Source: an uncultured Alphaproteobacteria bacterium (lineage in GTDB: Bacteria > Pseudomonadota > Alphaproteobacteria > Rhizobiales > Xanthobacteraceae). Taken from it: DNA of 64,000 bases. Below the pieces are notes generated by a model. It saw only the letters and a program-made list of their open reading frames with translations, was not told the DNA's origin and ran no database searches. Of the stretch, positions 1 through 9,864 are shown one piece after another; the first letter of the stretch is position 1; each line of letters begins with the position of its first letter. Location: positions 553,883 to 617,882 of the forward strand of contig CAVOHH010000004.1 of assembly GCA_963695615.1 (NCBI GenBank), in the 5' to 3' direction. Both the position numbers and the translations under genes were made by a program.

Positions 1-21
1 TCAGGGTGACGGAATCTTCCT

Positions 22-822
22 CTAGCGCTCTTGCTCCAGCGCGCTCTCGTGCCAGCGCCGCAGCGCCAGATAATTGACCAGCGACAGCACATAAAAGATC
101 ACGATGCCCGCGATCGACAGCAGGATCAGCGCCGCGAACATGCGCGGGATGTTCAGGCGATAGCCGGATTCGGCGATCCGGTAGGCGAGGCCGGAGCCGG
201 CGCCCGCCGAGCCCGCGGCGATTTCGGCGACCACGGCGCCGATCAGCGACAGTCCGCCGGCGATACGCAAGCCGCCGAGGATGTAGGGCAGCGCCGACGG
301 CAGTTTCAGGTTCCACAGCACCTGGCTGCGCGAGGCGCCGTAGAGCGCAAACAGATCGGTGAGATTGCGGTCGACCGAATTGAGCCCGAGCGTGGAATTC
401 GCCAGCACCGGAAAGAACGCGACGATCCAGGCGCAGGCCAGGACGGCAAGCGGCTGCGGCAAGTAGATCAAGAGCAGCGGCGCGACGGCGACGATCGGCG
501 TCACTTGCAGGATCACGGCGTAGGGATAGAGCGAATATTCGAGCAGCCGGAATTGATTGAACAGCACGGCGAGGCCGACGCCGCCGACCGCCGCCAGCAG
601 GAAGCCCTCGATCGTCGTCACGAGCGTGACCAGCAGCGATTGCCAGAGCAAAGACCAATCGGCGATCAGGGTTTGCAGGATGAGATCGGGCGCCGGCAGC
701 ACGTAAGGCGGAATGTTGCCGATGCGGACGACCGTTTCCCAGATCAGAAGAACGAGCGCCAGAACGATGACCGGCAGCGCGATGCGCAGCACGCGGTCAC
801 GGTGTTCGCGCGCGGCCCTCAT
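22..822 (-). CDS. ABC transporter permease, NitT/TauT (nitrate/sulfonate/taurine) family
   Basis: ORF 22..1068 trimmed to Met at 822 ([26 protein letters not shown]...). It is multi-TM and resembles SsuC/TauC-type permeases. Its ATG overlaps the stop of the upstream ATPase as ATGA (822-819). Confidence 0.8.
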   Translation of the reverse strand: MRAAREHRDRVLRIALPVIVLALVLLIWETVVRIGNIPPYVLPAPDLILQTLIADWSLLWQSLLVTLVTTIEGFLLAAVGGVGLAVLFNQFRLLEYSLYPYAVILQVTPIVAVAPLLLIYLPQPLAVLACAWIVAFFPVLANSTLGLNSVDRNLTDLFALYGASRSQVLWNLKLPSALPYILGGLRIAGGLSLIGAVVAEIAAGSAGAGSGLAYRIAESGYRLNIPRMFAALILLSIAGIVIFYVLSLVNYLALRRWHESALEQER

Positions 823-1626
823 GACTTGCCTCCCGCCGCCACTTCCGTCCCCATGGCCTGCGCCAGCGCTTCCGAGGTGCGGCGGCAGAACGCGGCGTAG
901 TCGGCCGAGGTGCGGAAATTCTGATCGCGCGGATAGGGCGCGTCGATCGCAAGCTCGGTGAAGACCCGGCCCGGCCGCGCCGCCATCACCACGACGCGGC
1001 TCGACAGAAAAACCGATTCGAATACCGAATGGGTGACGAACACCACGGTCGTGCGCAGCGCCTGCCACACGTCCAGCAAATCGTCGTTGAGCTTAAAGCG
1101 CGTGATCTCGTCAAGCGCGGCGAACGGCTCATCCATCAGCAGAAGATCGGGCTCGGTGACGAGCGCGCGCGCGATCGACACGCGCATGCGCATGCCGCCC
1201 GACAGTTCGCGCGGATAGGCCTGCGCGAAACCTTGCAGCCCGACGCGATCGAGCGCGGCGGTGACGCTCGCACGCGCCTTGTCGCCGGCAACGCCTTTGA
1301 GCTTGAGCGGCAACAGCACGTTGTTGAAGACCGTGGTCCAGGGCATCAGCGTCGGCTCCTGGAAGACGAAGCCGATCCGGCTTTCGCTTGCTGGATTGGC
1401 GTCCCGCCGTGGCCACTCGACACGTGCCTGCGCTCGGCTCGCTCAAGCCCGCGATGATGCGCAGCGCCGTCGATTTGCCGCAGCCCGAAGGGCCGAGCAG
1501 CGAGACGAATTCGCCCTGGCGCACGTCGAGATCGAGCCCCGCAAGCGCCACCGTGCCGTTGGGAAAGGTCTTGCCGACGCCACGCAGCGCGACGACGGAC
1601 GGGGCAGGAGCGGCCGTCGCGGGCAT
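819..1626 (-). CDS. ABC transporter ATP-binding protein (NitT/TauT family); one apparent frameshift
   Basis: N-terminal half is in ORF 1129..1626 (Walker [10 protein letters not shown]). C-terminal half is in ORF 819..1346 (signature [15 protein letters not shown], Walker [13 protein letters not shown]). The frames join near 1385-1410. Confidence 0.85.
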
Positions 1627-1630
1627 CGTG

Positions 1631-2661
1631 CTATGGCTTCGGCCGCAGATCGAGCCCGACTTTCTTGTCGACGAATTGCAGCGTGTAGCCCTTTTTGTAG
1701 TCGAGCCCGGCTTTGGCGACGCCGGCGCGCACCATCTCGTCGAAGAACTCCTTCATGCGCGCATCCGTCATGGCGCCGACGCCGAGCGTCGTCGCGTCGC
1801 CGGAATTGACGATGCCGTATTGCTTCATCTTGGCGACCGAATAGGCGAGAAGATCGTCGGTCATTTCCGGGTTCTGCTTTTTGATCAGCGCATTGCCTGC
1901 GCGAATTGTCGTGATAGATGTAATTGTACCAGCCGATGATCGAGGCATCGACGAAGCGCTGCACCAGATCGGGCTTCTTGTCGACCAGGTCGCGCCGCGT
2001 TTCGATCAGCGTCGAATAGGCCGAAAAGCCCTGGTCGGCGAGCAGGAACACCTTGGGCGTGAACTTCGCCTGCTTCTCGATGGCGAACGGCTCCGACGTC
2101 ACATAGCCCTGCATCGCGCTTTTCTTGTCCACGAGGAACGGCTGCGGATTGAAGGTGTAGGGCTTGACCTGCGAATCCTTGAAACCGTAGTCGGCCTTGA
2201 GCCATTGGTAATAGCTGGCGACGCCTTCCTGCGGAGACGAACAGCGTCAGGTTTTTCAGGTCGGTGAATTTCTCGATGCCCTGATCGGGATGCGCGATGA
2301 GAACCTGCGGGTCCTTCTGAAACAGGGCGGCGACTTCGATGGTCGGGATGTTCTGCGCGACGGCATCGAAGCTCTGCAGCGTGTTGGCGCTGAGGAAGAA
2401 ATCGATCTTGCCGACCGGCAGCAGGATGCGGTTGTTCGCGTTCGGGCCGCCCGGCACGATGGTCACGTCGAGGCCGTGCTTGCGATAGGTGCCGTCGGCG
2501 AGCGCCTGATAGAAGCCGCCTTGCTCGCCTTCGGCGACCCAATTGGTGCCGAACGACACTTTGTCGAGCGCCTGCGCCTGCGCCGGATCCGGCATCCGCC
2601 GCCAGCAACGTCACGCCGCGAGCCCGGCAACAGCCATGCGAAAAATCCCGGCAGACCGCAT
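1631..2661 (-). CDS. ABC transporter substrate-binding protein (NMT1/THI5-like); several apparent frameshifts
   Basis: Three fragments read consecutively: ORF 1885..2595 ([34 protein letters not shown]), ORF 1443..2132 ([28 protein letters not shown]) and ORF 1631..1948 (C-terminus). A signal-peptide-like [16 protein letters not shown] with GGAG SD lies at 2661. Confidence 0.75.
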
Positions 2662-2805
2662 CGATTGCTCCTTCTTCTCGGCGACGCGACAATAAAGCAT
2701 GATCCCGAAAAAAGCCCGTCTCCGGCTGTGAATCCAGGTTTGCCGCGGGATTTCGGGTAAGATTGCACCCCGATAAAACCGCGGCCCGATTGGCGAGAGA
2801 ACCTG

Positions 2806-3613
2806 ATGCTGCCCCGACGCAACTGGATGGAGATGACCTGGCAGGAGATTGCCGGCGCCGAAACCGGCGCGCTGGATCGCCGTGCTGCCGCTCGCCGCGG
2901 TGGAGCAGCATGGGCCGCATCTGCCGCTCGGCGTCGATACGTTTATCGCCGAGGCCTATCTGGAGCGGGTCGGCAAAATTCTGCCGGACGAGCTGCCGGT
3001 CACCTTCCTTCCGGTGCAGCGCGTCGGCGTCTCGGCCGAGCATCTGTCCTTTCCCGGCACGCTCACGCTTTCCGCGACGACCGCGATCGCGGCCTGGACC
3101 GAGCTTGGCGAGAGCCTGGCGCGGGCGGGGCTTGCGCAAGCTCGTTCTGGTCACCAGCCACGGCGGCAATGTCGCGGCGATGGAAGTGGTGGCGCGCGAG
3201 TTGCGCGCGCGGCTCGGCATGCTGGCCGTCACCGTCGGCTGGCATCGCTTCGGCTATCCGGACGGCGCATTCACGGCCGAGGAAAAGAAGCACGGCATTC
3301 ACGGCGGCGATATCGAGACCTCGCTGATGCTCGCGGCGAAGCCGGACACGGTGCGCATGGACAAGGCGCCCAACGCCACGCCGGCGACGATTGCGATGGC
3401 GCCGAATTCAAATGGCTCGGCGCCTATCGGCCGGCCGGCTTTGCCTGGATGACGCAGGACATCAATCCGACCGGCGCGGTCGGCGATGCGACGCTGGCGA
3501 GCGCCGCAAAAGGCGAGGCGGCATTGGCGCAGGGCGCGCAAGCCTTCGTGGAATTGCTCCGCGAGGTCGATCGTTTCGACCTATCACGATTGCGCGAGGG
3601 ACCGCTCGCTTGA
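2806..3613 (+). CDS. creatininase-family amidohydrolase; about 3 apparent frameshifts
   Basis: The product is pieced together from ORFs 2806.., 2849..3613 and 2763..3452. Motifs include LPLAAVEQHGPHLPLGVDT, LVLVTSHGGN and HGIHGGDIETS, typical of the creatininase fold. Confidence 0.75.
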
Positions 3614-3719
3614 GCTGACAGACGCCGGATCTGTCATTGCCGTTTCGCGCAACGCAACATAATTGGCACTGCCGGGTTCGGGATATTCAGGCAGTCGTTC
3701 GATTGCGGAAAGGCATTTC

Positions 3720-4541
3720 ATGTTCATCAAAACCAAAGATGGCGTCGAAATTTTTTACAAAGACTGGGGCAAAGGTCAGCCCATCGTGTTCAGTCACGGC
3801 TGGCCGCTGTCGGCCGACGACTGGGACGCGCAGATGCTGTTCTTCCTCAATCACGGCTATCGCGTCATCGCCCATGACCGGCGCGGCCACGGCCGCTCGA
3901 CCCAAGTCGGCCGACGGCCACGACATGGATCACTATGCCGACGATCTTGCCGCGGTGGCGGCGCATCTCGATCTGAAAAACGCCATTCACGTCGGCCATT
4001 CCACCGGCGGCGGCGAGGTGGCGCATTATCTCGCGCGCCACGGCGAGAGCCGTGTGGCCAAGGCGGCCATCATCAGCGCGGTGCCGCCGCTTGATGGTGC
4101 AGACGCCGGCCAATCCGAAGGGACTGCCGAAGAAGGTATTCGATGATTTCCAGGTGGCGCTCGCGGCCAACCGCTCGCAATTCTATCGCGACGTCGCCGC
4201 AGGCCCTTCTACAACTACAACAAGACCGGCAAGCCTGCCGAGGCGACCATCGCAGAACTGGTGGCGGCAGGGCATGATGGGCGGCGCCAAGGCGCATTAC
4301 GACGGCATCGTCGCCTTCTCGCAGACCGATTTCACCGAGGATCTCAAGAAGATCACGGTGCCGGTGCTGGTGATGCACAGCGAGGACGATCAGATCGTTC
4401 CCTATGTCGCCGCCAGGCCCGCTGTCGGCCAAGCTTTTGAAGAACGGGACGCTGAAGACCTACAAGGGCTTCCCGCACGGCATGCCGACCACGCAGGCGG
4501 AAACGATCAACGCCGATCTGCTGGCGTTTCTAAAGAGCTGA
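3720..4541 (+). CDS. alpha/beta hydrolase, non-heme chloroperoxidase/arylesterase-like; several apparent frameshifts
   Basis: [42 protein letters not shown] (ORF 3663..), [10 protein letters not shown] nucleophile elbow (ORF 3637..4146) and [15 protein letters not shown] (ORF 4052..). The stop TGA at 4539-4541 is in the frame ending ...[11 protein letters not shown]. Confidence 0.75.
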
Positions 4542-4546
4542 TTTTT

Positions 4547-4570
4547 CCGCCCCCGCTATCGCGGGGGAGG
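4547..4570. repeat. GC-rich hairpin (CCCCCGC-TATC-GCGGGGG) between convergent genes; same family as the 6041/17390/19991 hairpins; probable bidirectional terminator
   Basis: Perfect 7-bp stem with a 4-nt loop in the 32-nt gap between the hydrolase stop (4541) and the boxB stop (4574). Confidence 0.6.
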
Positions 4571-4573
4571 ATG

Positions 4574-6020
4574 TTACGCCGCGATCTTCACGTATTCGAA
4601 ATCGCCCGGCTTGTTGTCGATGCCGACGCGCGGCGGCGCGATCCAGCTGGCGAATTGGCCGGGCTCGACGACGCGCTGCATCAGGCTCGCGACGAAGTCG
4701 CCGTCGTCCTTCGACGGCAGCCAATGCTTCTGTTCGCGATTCCACGTCGGCTTCGTCGATCAGCTTGCCGTCCGGCGAGACTTTCGCATCCTTGAACTCG
4801 CCGATCTGGCGGTGGAAGCCGACATGCGGCAGTTCGAGATTGAACGCGACGCCGGTCTTGCCGATGATCTTGTTCCAGCGATCGATGCCGCGCTGGCAAT
4901 CGGCGGTGTAGTCGTCGCGCAGCCGCATATTGATCGCGGTCAAAGCCGGCTCGTCGATCCGCTTGATCTCGCCGTCGACAAATTTCAGCACCGGATAGGT
5001 CGCGCTTTCCAGCCGATGATCGTCGTCGATCTTGGTCTCCTGGAAGCGGCCCTTTAGACCTGCGGTAAACGTGTTGGCGGCGTTGGTCGAGACTTCCGAG
5101 CCGAACAGGTCGAGCGACAGCGTGTAATGCAGATTGAGCTTCTTCTGGATGGTCGGCAGGTCGATCACGCCGAGATCGCGCACCTTTTCGATCTCGCCGG
5201 GATCCTCGATGCCGGCGGCCTTCATCGCCTCGCAGGTGCGCTGAATGGTGCGGCCGACGCCGGTCTCGCCGACGAACATGTGGTGCGCCTCTTCGGTCAG
5301 CATAAAGCGGCAGGTGCGCGACAGCGGATCGAAGCCCGATTGCGCAAGGCTCTCGAGCTGCATCTTGCCGTCGCGGTCGGTGAAGAAGGTGAACATGTGG
5401 AACGACAGCCAGTCCGGCGTTTCTTCGTTGAAGGCGCCGAGCATGCGCGGCTTGTCGGCGTCGCCGGAGCGGCGCTGCAATAGTTCGGCGGCTTCCTCGC
5501 GGCCGTCGCGGCCGAAATATTTTTGCAGGATATAGACCATCGCCCACAGGTGACGGCCTTCCTCGACATTGACCTGGAACACGTTGCGCATGTCGTAGAG
5601 CGACGGCGCGGTCTTGCCGAGATGGCGCTGCTGTTCGACGGAAGCCGGCTCGGTGTCGCCCTGGATGACGACGAGGCGGCGCAGCATGGCGCGATATTCG
5701 CCCGGGATGTCCTGCCAGACGGGTTCGCCGTAATGGCGGCCGAACGGAATTTTGCGATCCTCTTCTTTCGGCGCCAGCAAAATGCCCCAGCGGTATTCCG
5801 GCATTTTGACGTAATCGAATTTCGCCCAGCCCTTGGGATCGACCGAGACGGCGGTGCGCAAATAGACCAGCGCGTCCTGGAAACCTTCCGGTCCCATGTC
5901 CATCCACCAGTCGATATAGCCCGGATGCCAGCTTTCCAGCGCGCGCAGTACCTGCCGGTCCTCGGCGAGATTGACGTTGTTCGGAATCTTGGTCGTGTAA
6001 TCGACGTTCTCGATATTCAT
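4574..6020 (-). CDS. boxB: benzoyl-CoA 2,3-epoxidase (benzoyl-CoA oxygenase) component B; one apparent frameshift near 4750
   Basis: ORF 4530..6020 reads MNIENVDYTTKIPNNVNLAEDRQVLRALESWHPGYIDWWMDMGPEGF... with di-iron EEGRH/EEAHH motifs. The true C-terminus (...WNREQKHWLPSKDDGDFVASLMQRVVEPGQFASWIAPPRVGIDNKPGDFEYVKIAA*) is in a neighbouring frame. AGGAG SD precedes the start. Confidence 0.9.
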
Positions 6021-6040
6021 GACTGGCTCCTTTTTCTCCC

Positions 6041-6161
6041 TCTCCCCGCTTGCGGGGAGAGGGTCGGGGTGAGGGGGCCTCGCCGCTTGGCTCAGAATCG
6101 CGGTGAGGCCCCCTCACCCGGATTGCTTCGCAATCCGACCTCTCCCCGCGCGGCGGGGAGA
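6041..6161. repeat. REP-like mosaic element made of four consecutive hairpins (boxC-boxB spacer)
   Basis: Four hairpins in series. (1) TCTCCCCGC-TT-GCGGGGAGA at 6041-6060. (2) GGTGAGGGGGCCTC...GAGGCCCCCTCACC at 6068-6118. (3) GGATTGC-TTC-GCAATCC at 6120-6136. (4) TCTCCCCGC-GCG-GCGGGGAGA at 6141-6161. Same architecture as 19991-20103. Confidence 0.75.
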
Positions 6162-6169
6162 GGTGAATT

Positions 6170-7897
6170 TCAAACCCTTCTCGTGTCGAACACCGGTTTC
6201 TGCCCGGTGCCATAACGCTTGAGCGCGCCTTCTTCGCCGATCGCGTTGGGGCGCTGGAAAATCCAGTTCTGCCAGGCGGTCAGCCGCGCAAAGATCTTCG
6301 ATTCCATCGTCTCAGGCCCGGCGAAGCGCAGATTGGCTTCGAGCCCGGTGAGACCGTCGGGCGAAAAACTGGCGCGCTCTTCGAGGAACACGCGCACCTC
6401 GTCGTCCCAATCGATATCGTCGAGCGCGAAAGTGATAAGGCCGAGCTCCTGCGCGCCTTTCGCATCGAGCATTTTTCCACGCTCGGCATTTGCCGCTTCG
6501 ACGCTTTCAGGCGTGGCGAGGAATCGGCAGGCAAGCCGCGTCAGCCCGTTCGACATCGGATAGGCGCCGAAATTGACATCGGCGAGCGCGATACTCGCGG
6601 CCGGCTTGTTGTCGCCGTCGCGTCGCCCGATCAGCATGTAGGAACGGTCGGAAGCCAAGGGCAGTTCGGCGAGCGTGCCGGCGAAACATGAGTCCGGCTC
6701 GATCAGCGCAACCAGTGAGCGCGAGGTAAGATCGACGCGCTTGAGCACGCGCTTCCACAGATGCCGGATTTCGCGCCCCAGCCAGTGGGTCTTGTTGGCG
6801 TCGAGGAATTGATCGTAGGCCAGCACCAGCGCCGGATCGCCGCAGGACTTGAACACAATCGCCGCGGTGTCGAGCTCGTTGATCCGGATATGCAGGATGG
6901 CGTCGTCAAGCTCGCGCGCGAGCTTGAGCGGCCAGAAATCCGCACCCTGCGCCACCATGGCCTCGGCCGAAGCGGGCGGCGGTGCAGCAGGGCCGCGCAA
7001 GATCAGCGTTGCGATGCGTTCGGCGCGTTGGAATTCAACCGAGAGCGTGGTGTATTCAATGCCGTCGGCGGCGAATGTCCGGCCGAGCGGCGCAAGCTTT
7101 ATGCCGGGGCCGGCGCCTGAGCGCGGCGACTTCGCGGCGAATTCCTTGGCGCGCGCGGCAATCGTCTCGTCGAATTTCGAGCCCGGCACCGCGGCATCGA
7201 CCAAGCGCCACTCGACCGCGCGCTTGCCCTTGATGCCTTCTTCCGTTGTGCAGAACACGTCGGCAAGGTCGCGCCGCACTTTGCGCTTGTCGGAGACGCG
7301 GGTGAGCCCGCCGGTGCCCGGCAGAACCGCAAGCAGCGGCAGCTCCGGCAGCGACACTGCCGCCGAACCATCGTCCACCAGGATGATGTAATCGGTCGCG
7401 AGCGCGAGCTCATAGCCGCCGCCGGCGGCGGTGCCGTTGATGGCGCAGATCGATTTGACCCCGGAATGCTCGCTCAGATCCTCGATGCCGTTGCGCGTCT
7501 CGTTGGTGAATTTGCAGAAATTGACTTTGTGGGCGTGGCTGGCGCCGGCCAGCATGCGGATATTGGCGCCGGCCGAGAAGACGCGGGGCTTCGCCGAACG
7601 CAGCACCAGCGCGCGGACCTGCGGATGTTCGAAGCGCAGCCGGTCTATGGCGTCGGCAAGCTCGATATCGACGCCGAGATCGTAGGAGTTCAGTTTCAGA
7701 TCGTAGCCTTCGAACAGGCCTGATTTCTCGTCGACATCCATCAAGAGCGTCGCGACGTCGCCGTCGATGCGAAGCTGCCAATGGCGATAAAGCTGCGGCT
7801 CGGTCCGGAAATCGATCCAAGTCTTCCCGTTAGCGAGCTTGCCGCTGGCGAGCTTGCCGTTCGCGAGCGTGCGCTGCGCATGATCCGCGTCGCTCAT
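6170..7897 (-). CDS. boxC: 2,3-epoxybenzoyl-CoA dihydrolase (benzoyl-CoA-dihydrodiol lyase)
   Basis: Intact 575-aa ORF. It has a crotonase-fold N-terminal half (VFSAGANIRMLAG..., GTAAGGGYELALATDYIILVDD) and the long C-terminal extension typical of BoxC. GGAGG SD; lies directly upstream of boxB. Confidence 0.9.
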   Translation of the reverse strand: MSDADHAQRTLANGKLASGKLANGKTWIDFRTEPQLYRHWQLRIDGDVATLLMDVDEKSGLFEGYDLKLNSYDLGVDIELADAIDRLRFEHPQVRALVLRSAKPRVFSAGANIRMLAGASHAHKVNFCKFTNETRNGIEDLSEHSGVKSICAINGTAAGGGYELALATDYIILVDDGSAAVSLPELPLLAVLPGTGGLTRVSDKRKVRRDLADVFCTTEEGIKGKRAVEWRLVDAAVPGSKFDETIAARAKEFAAKSPRSGAGPGIKLAPLGRTFAADGIEYTTLSVEFQRAERIATLILRGPAAPPPASAEAMVAQGADFWPLKLARELDDAILHIRINELDTAAIVFKSCGDPALVLAYDQFLDANKTHWLGREIRHLWKRVLKRVDLTSRSLVALIEPDSCFAGTLAELPLASDRSYMLIGRRDGDNKPAASIALADVNFGAYPMSNGLTRLACRFLATPESVEAANAERGKMLDAKGAQELGLITFALDDIDWDDEVRVFLEERASFSPDGLTGLEANLRFAGPETMESKIFARLTAWQNWIFQRPNAIGEEGALKRYGTGQKPVFDTRRV

Positions 7898-7942
7898 GAC
7901 AATGCCTCCGCCTCAAGTCCTTGGGACGTATTCTCTTTTATG

Positions 7943-7996
7943 TGAATTATAATGCATATATCTGGCGCGAACGCTCGTGTTATGCACTATAATTCA
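7943..7996. promoter_or_regulatory. pair of inverted 14-bp TGCAYTATAATKCA boxes upstream of boxC (candidate BoxR operators / boxCB promoter)
   Basis: TGAATTATAATGCA (7943-7956) and TGCACTATAATTCA (7983-7996) sit in the only AT-rich stretch of the region. The same 14-mer recurs in front of boxR. TGCA-repeat operators are known for the BzdR/BoxR family. Confidence 0.5.
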
Positions 7997-8839
7997 TGAC
8001 GCGGCAACATCCGAATTGGCCGGCCGTTCCCCTTCATGATGGTCGCGCAACAGCCGGTTGACGAAGCCGGAAACGGTGTTGAGCGTGAGCTCGGGCGCCT
8101 CGCGCTGCGGCACGTGACGGATGCCGGGGAAGATCGCGGTCTCGACCGGACAGGTGCACTCTTCCTTCACGATCTCGACCTGCCGCAGCGTGCCGTATTG
8201 ATCGTCTTCGCCCTGCACGACGAGAATCGGCACGCGGATGTAGCCGAGCGCCTCGGTGATATCCCACGCCTCGAAATCCGGATGCGTCCACGGCTCGTTC
8301 CAGGAGCGGAAGGCGCACTCGACATCGGCGTGCGAGCGCGCAAGCCTTTCACGCAGCGCGCCGGTCGCAAACGATTTGCCGGCGCGGCGGATCTCGGCGA
8401 GTCCCTTCTCCTCGGTGAAGAAATGCGGCGCGATCAGCACCAGGCCGCGCACACGATGATCCTGAATGCTGCCGGCATAGATCGCCGCGATCGAGGCGCC
8501 GTCGCTATGGCCGAGCAACAGGCCGCGCGCAAATCCGATTGCCGCGAGGACGCGCGGCAGCACGTCGCACGCTTCTTCGTTGAGGAACGCGGTTGTGCGC
8601 GGCATTTTTCCGGCCGGCGATTTGCCGTAGCCTGCGCGCGAATAGGCAAAGACGCCGGCGCCGGTCGCCGCTGCAATATCGTCGGGAAACGATCCCCACA
8701 GGCCGGCGCTGCCGAGCCCTTCGTGCAGCATGACGATGGTCGGCGCCGCATCGGGCCGCGGCCCGATCATGCGGTATTCAAGCCGCAGCGGCGCGACGTC
8801 GAGAAAGCCTTCGTCAGCAAGCTTTTGGGCAAGCATCAC
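7994..8839 (-). CDS. alpha/beta-fold hydrolase associated with the box cluster
   Basis: Intact 281-aa ORF with HEGLGS oxyanion region, GHSDGASIA nucleophile elbow and C-terminal His. It sits between boxR and boxC on the same strand. Confidence 0.8.
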   Translation of the reverse strand: MMLAQKLADEGFLDVAPLRLEYRMIGPRPDAAPTIVMLHEGLGSAGLWGSFPDDIAAATGAGVFAYSRAGYGKSPAGKMPRTTAFLNEEACDVLPRVLAAIGFARGLLLGHSDGASIAAIYAGSIQDHRVRGLVLIAPHFFTEEKGLAEIRRAGKSFATGALRERLARSHADVECAFRSWNEPWTHPDFEAWDITEALGYIRVPILVVQGEDDQYGTLRQVEIVKEECTCPVETAIFPGIRHVPQREAPELTLNTVSGFVNRLLRDHHEGERPANSDVAAS

Positions 8840-8843
8840 GTGG

Positions 8844-9775
8844 CTATTGTCCCTTCAATCCCAACATCTTTGTGACCAGCCGCAACAGCTTGGCAAAGCT
8901 TTGTTCCGCCGTGTCGCCCGAGGTATCGAGCTCGGCTTGCGCGCGGGCATAGTCGGCACGGCGCGCGTCGAGGATCGCCACGAGATCGGCCATGGCGGCG
9001 CGGTTCTGCGCCATCGGCCGGAAATCGCCCTGCGCCATGACGCGGCCCATGTGGTCTTCCGGCCGCGCCTTGATCCAGATCGTGTGGGTGCGGCGCAACA
9101 GCAGCGTATAGGTTTCGCGGTTCGAGACAATGCCGCCGGCCGTCGTGATGATGGCTGCATCATTGCCGCCGATGACGCGCTCGAGCGCACTGCGCTCTTG
9201 GCGGCGGAACGTGGCGGTGCCGGCCATCTCGATCAGATCGGGAATGCGGGCGCCGTAATTTTCCTCGACGACACGGTCGAGTTCGATGAAGGGCCAGCCG
9301 AGATGTTCGGCAAGCCTGCGCCCGAGCGTCGATTTGCCGGCGCCGCGCAGGCCGACAAGCGCGATGCGCCGCGCCCGGTCGGCATGGCCCGGGCGCGCGA
9401 CATGCGTTTCGATCAATTTGGTCAGCACCGGCAATTCGCCTTCCGGCACTTGCGCGAGCAGATCGAGAATGGCGTCCGAGCGCCGCATTGCCCGCACTCG
9501 CCCTCCGGCAACAGCGCCGCCACCGGCAGATCGAGCGCGAGCGCAATGGCGCGCAGCACGCTCGCGGAAGGGTTGCCGGCGCCGCTTTCGATCTGCGCCA
9601 GATAGCGCTCCGAAGTCTCGGAAGCTTGCGCCAATTGCCGGCGCGTCATGCCGCGCTTGGCGCGATGGCTCCGCACCTCGCGGCCGATGGCGGCGAGGAA
9701 CGCCGCCGCGGCGACCGTCTCGGTCGGTATGGCAGGAGCATTTTTTTGACGGGCTTTTGACTTTGCCGCGGGCAA
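8844..9775 (-). CDS. boxR: BzdR/BoxR-type transcriptional regulator (XRE HTH + shikimate-kinase-like domain); one apparent frameshift near 9480
   Basis: ORF 9422..9775 carries the HTH (GMTRRQLAQASETSERYLAQIESGAGNPSASVLRAIALAL). ORF 8844..9497 carries the P-loop kinase-like domain (GLRGAGKSTLGRRLAEHLGWPFIELD). The start is a TTG in the track and is uncertain. Confidence 0.8.
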
Positions 9776-9790
9776 GGACGTGTGCTCCTA

Positions 9791-9817
9791 TGCACTATAA
9801 TGCATGCGCATAATGCA
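9791..9817. promoter_or_regulatory. TGCA-repeat operator cluster immediately upstream of boxR (candidate autoregulation site)
   Basis: TGCACTATAATGCA (TGCA-N6-TGCA, 9791-9804) is followed by TGCGCATAATGCA to 9817. The cluster lies 16 nt upstream of the boxR start. Confidence 0.5.
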
Positions 9818-9864
9818 CAGTGAGCCGCGAAGTGGCAACCAGCTAGCCCCGAGCCGCGCGCAAC

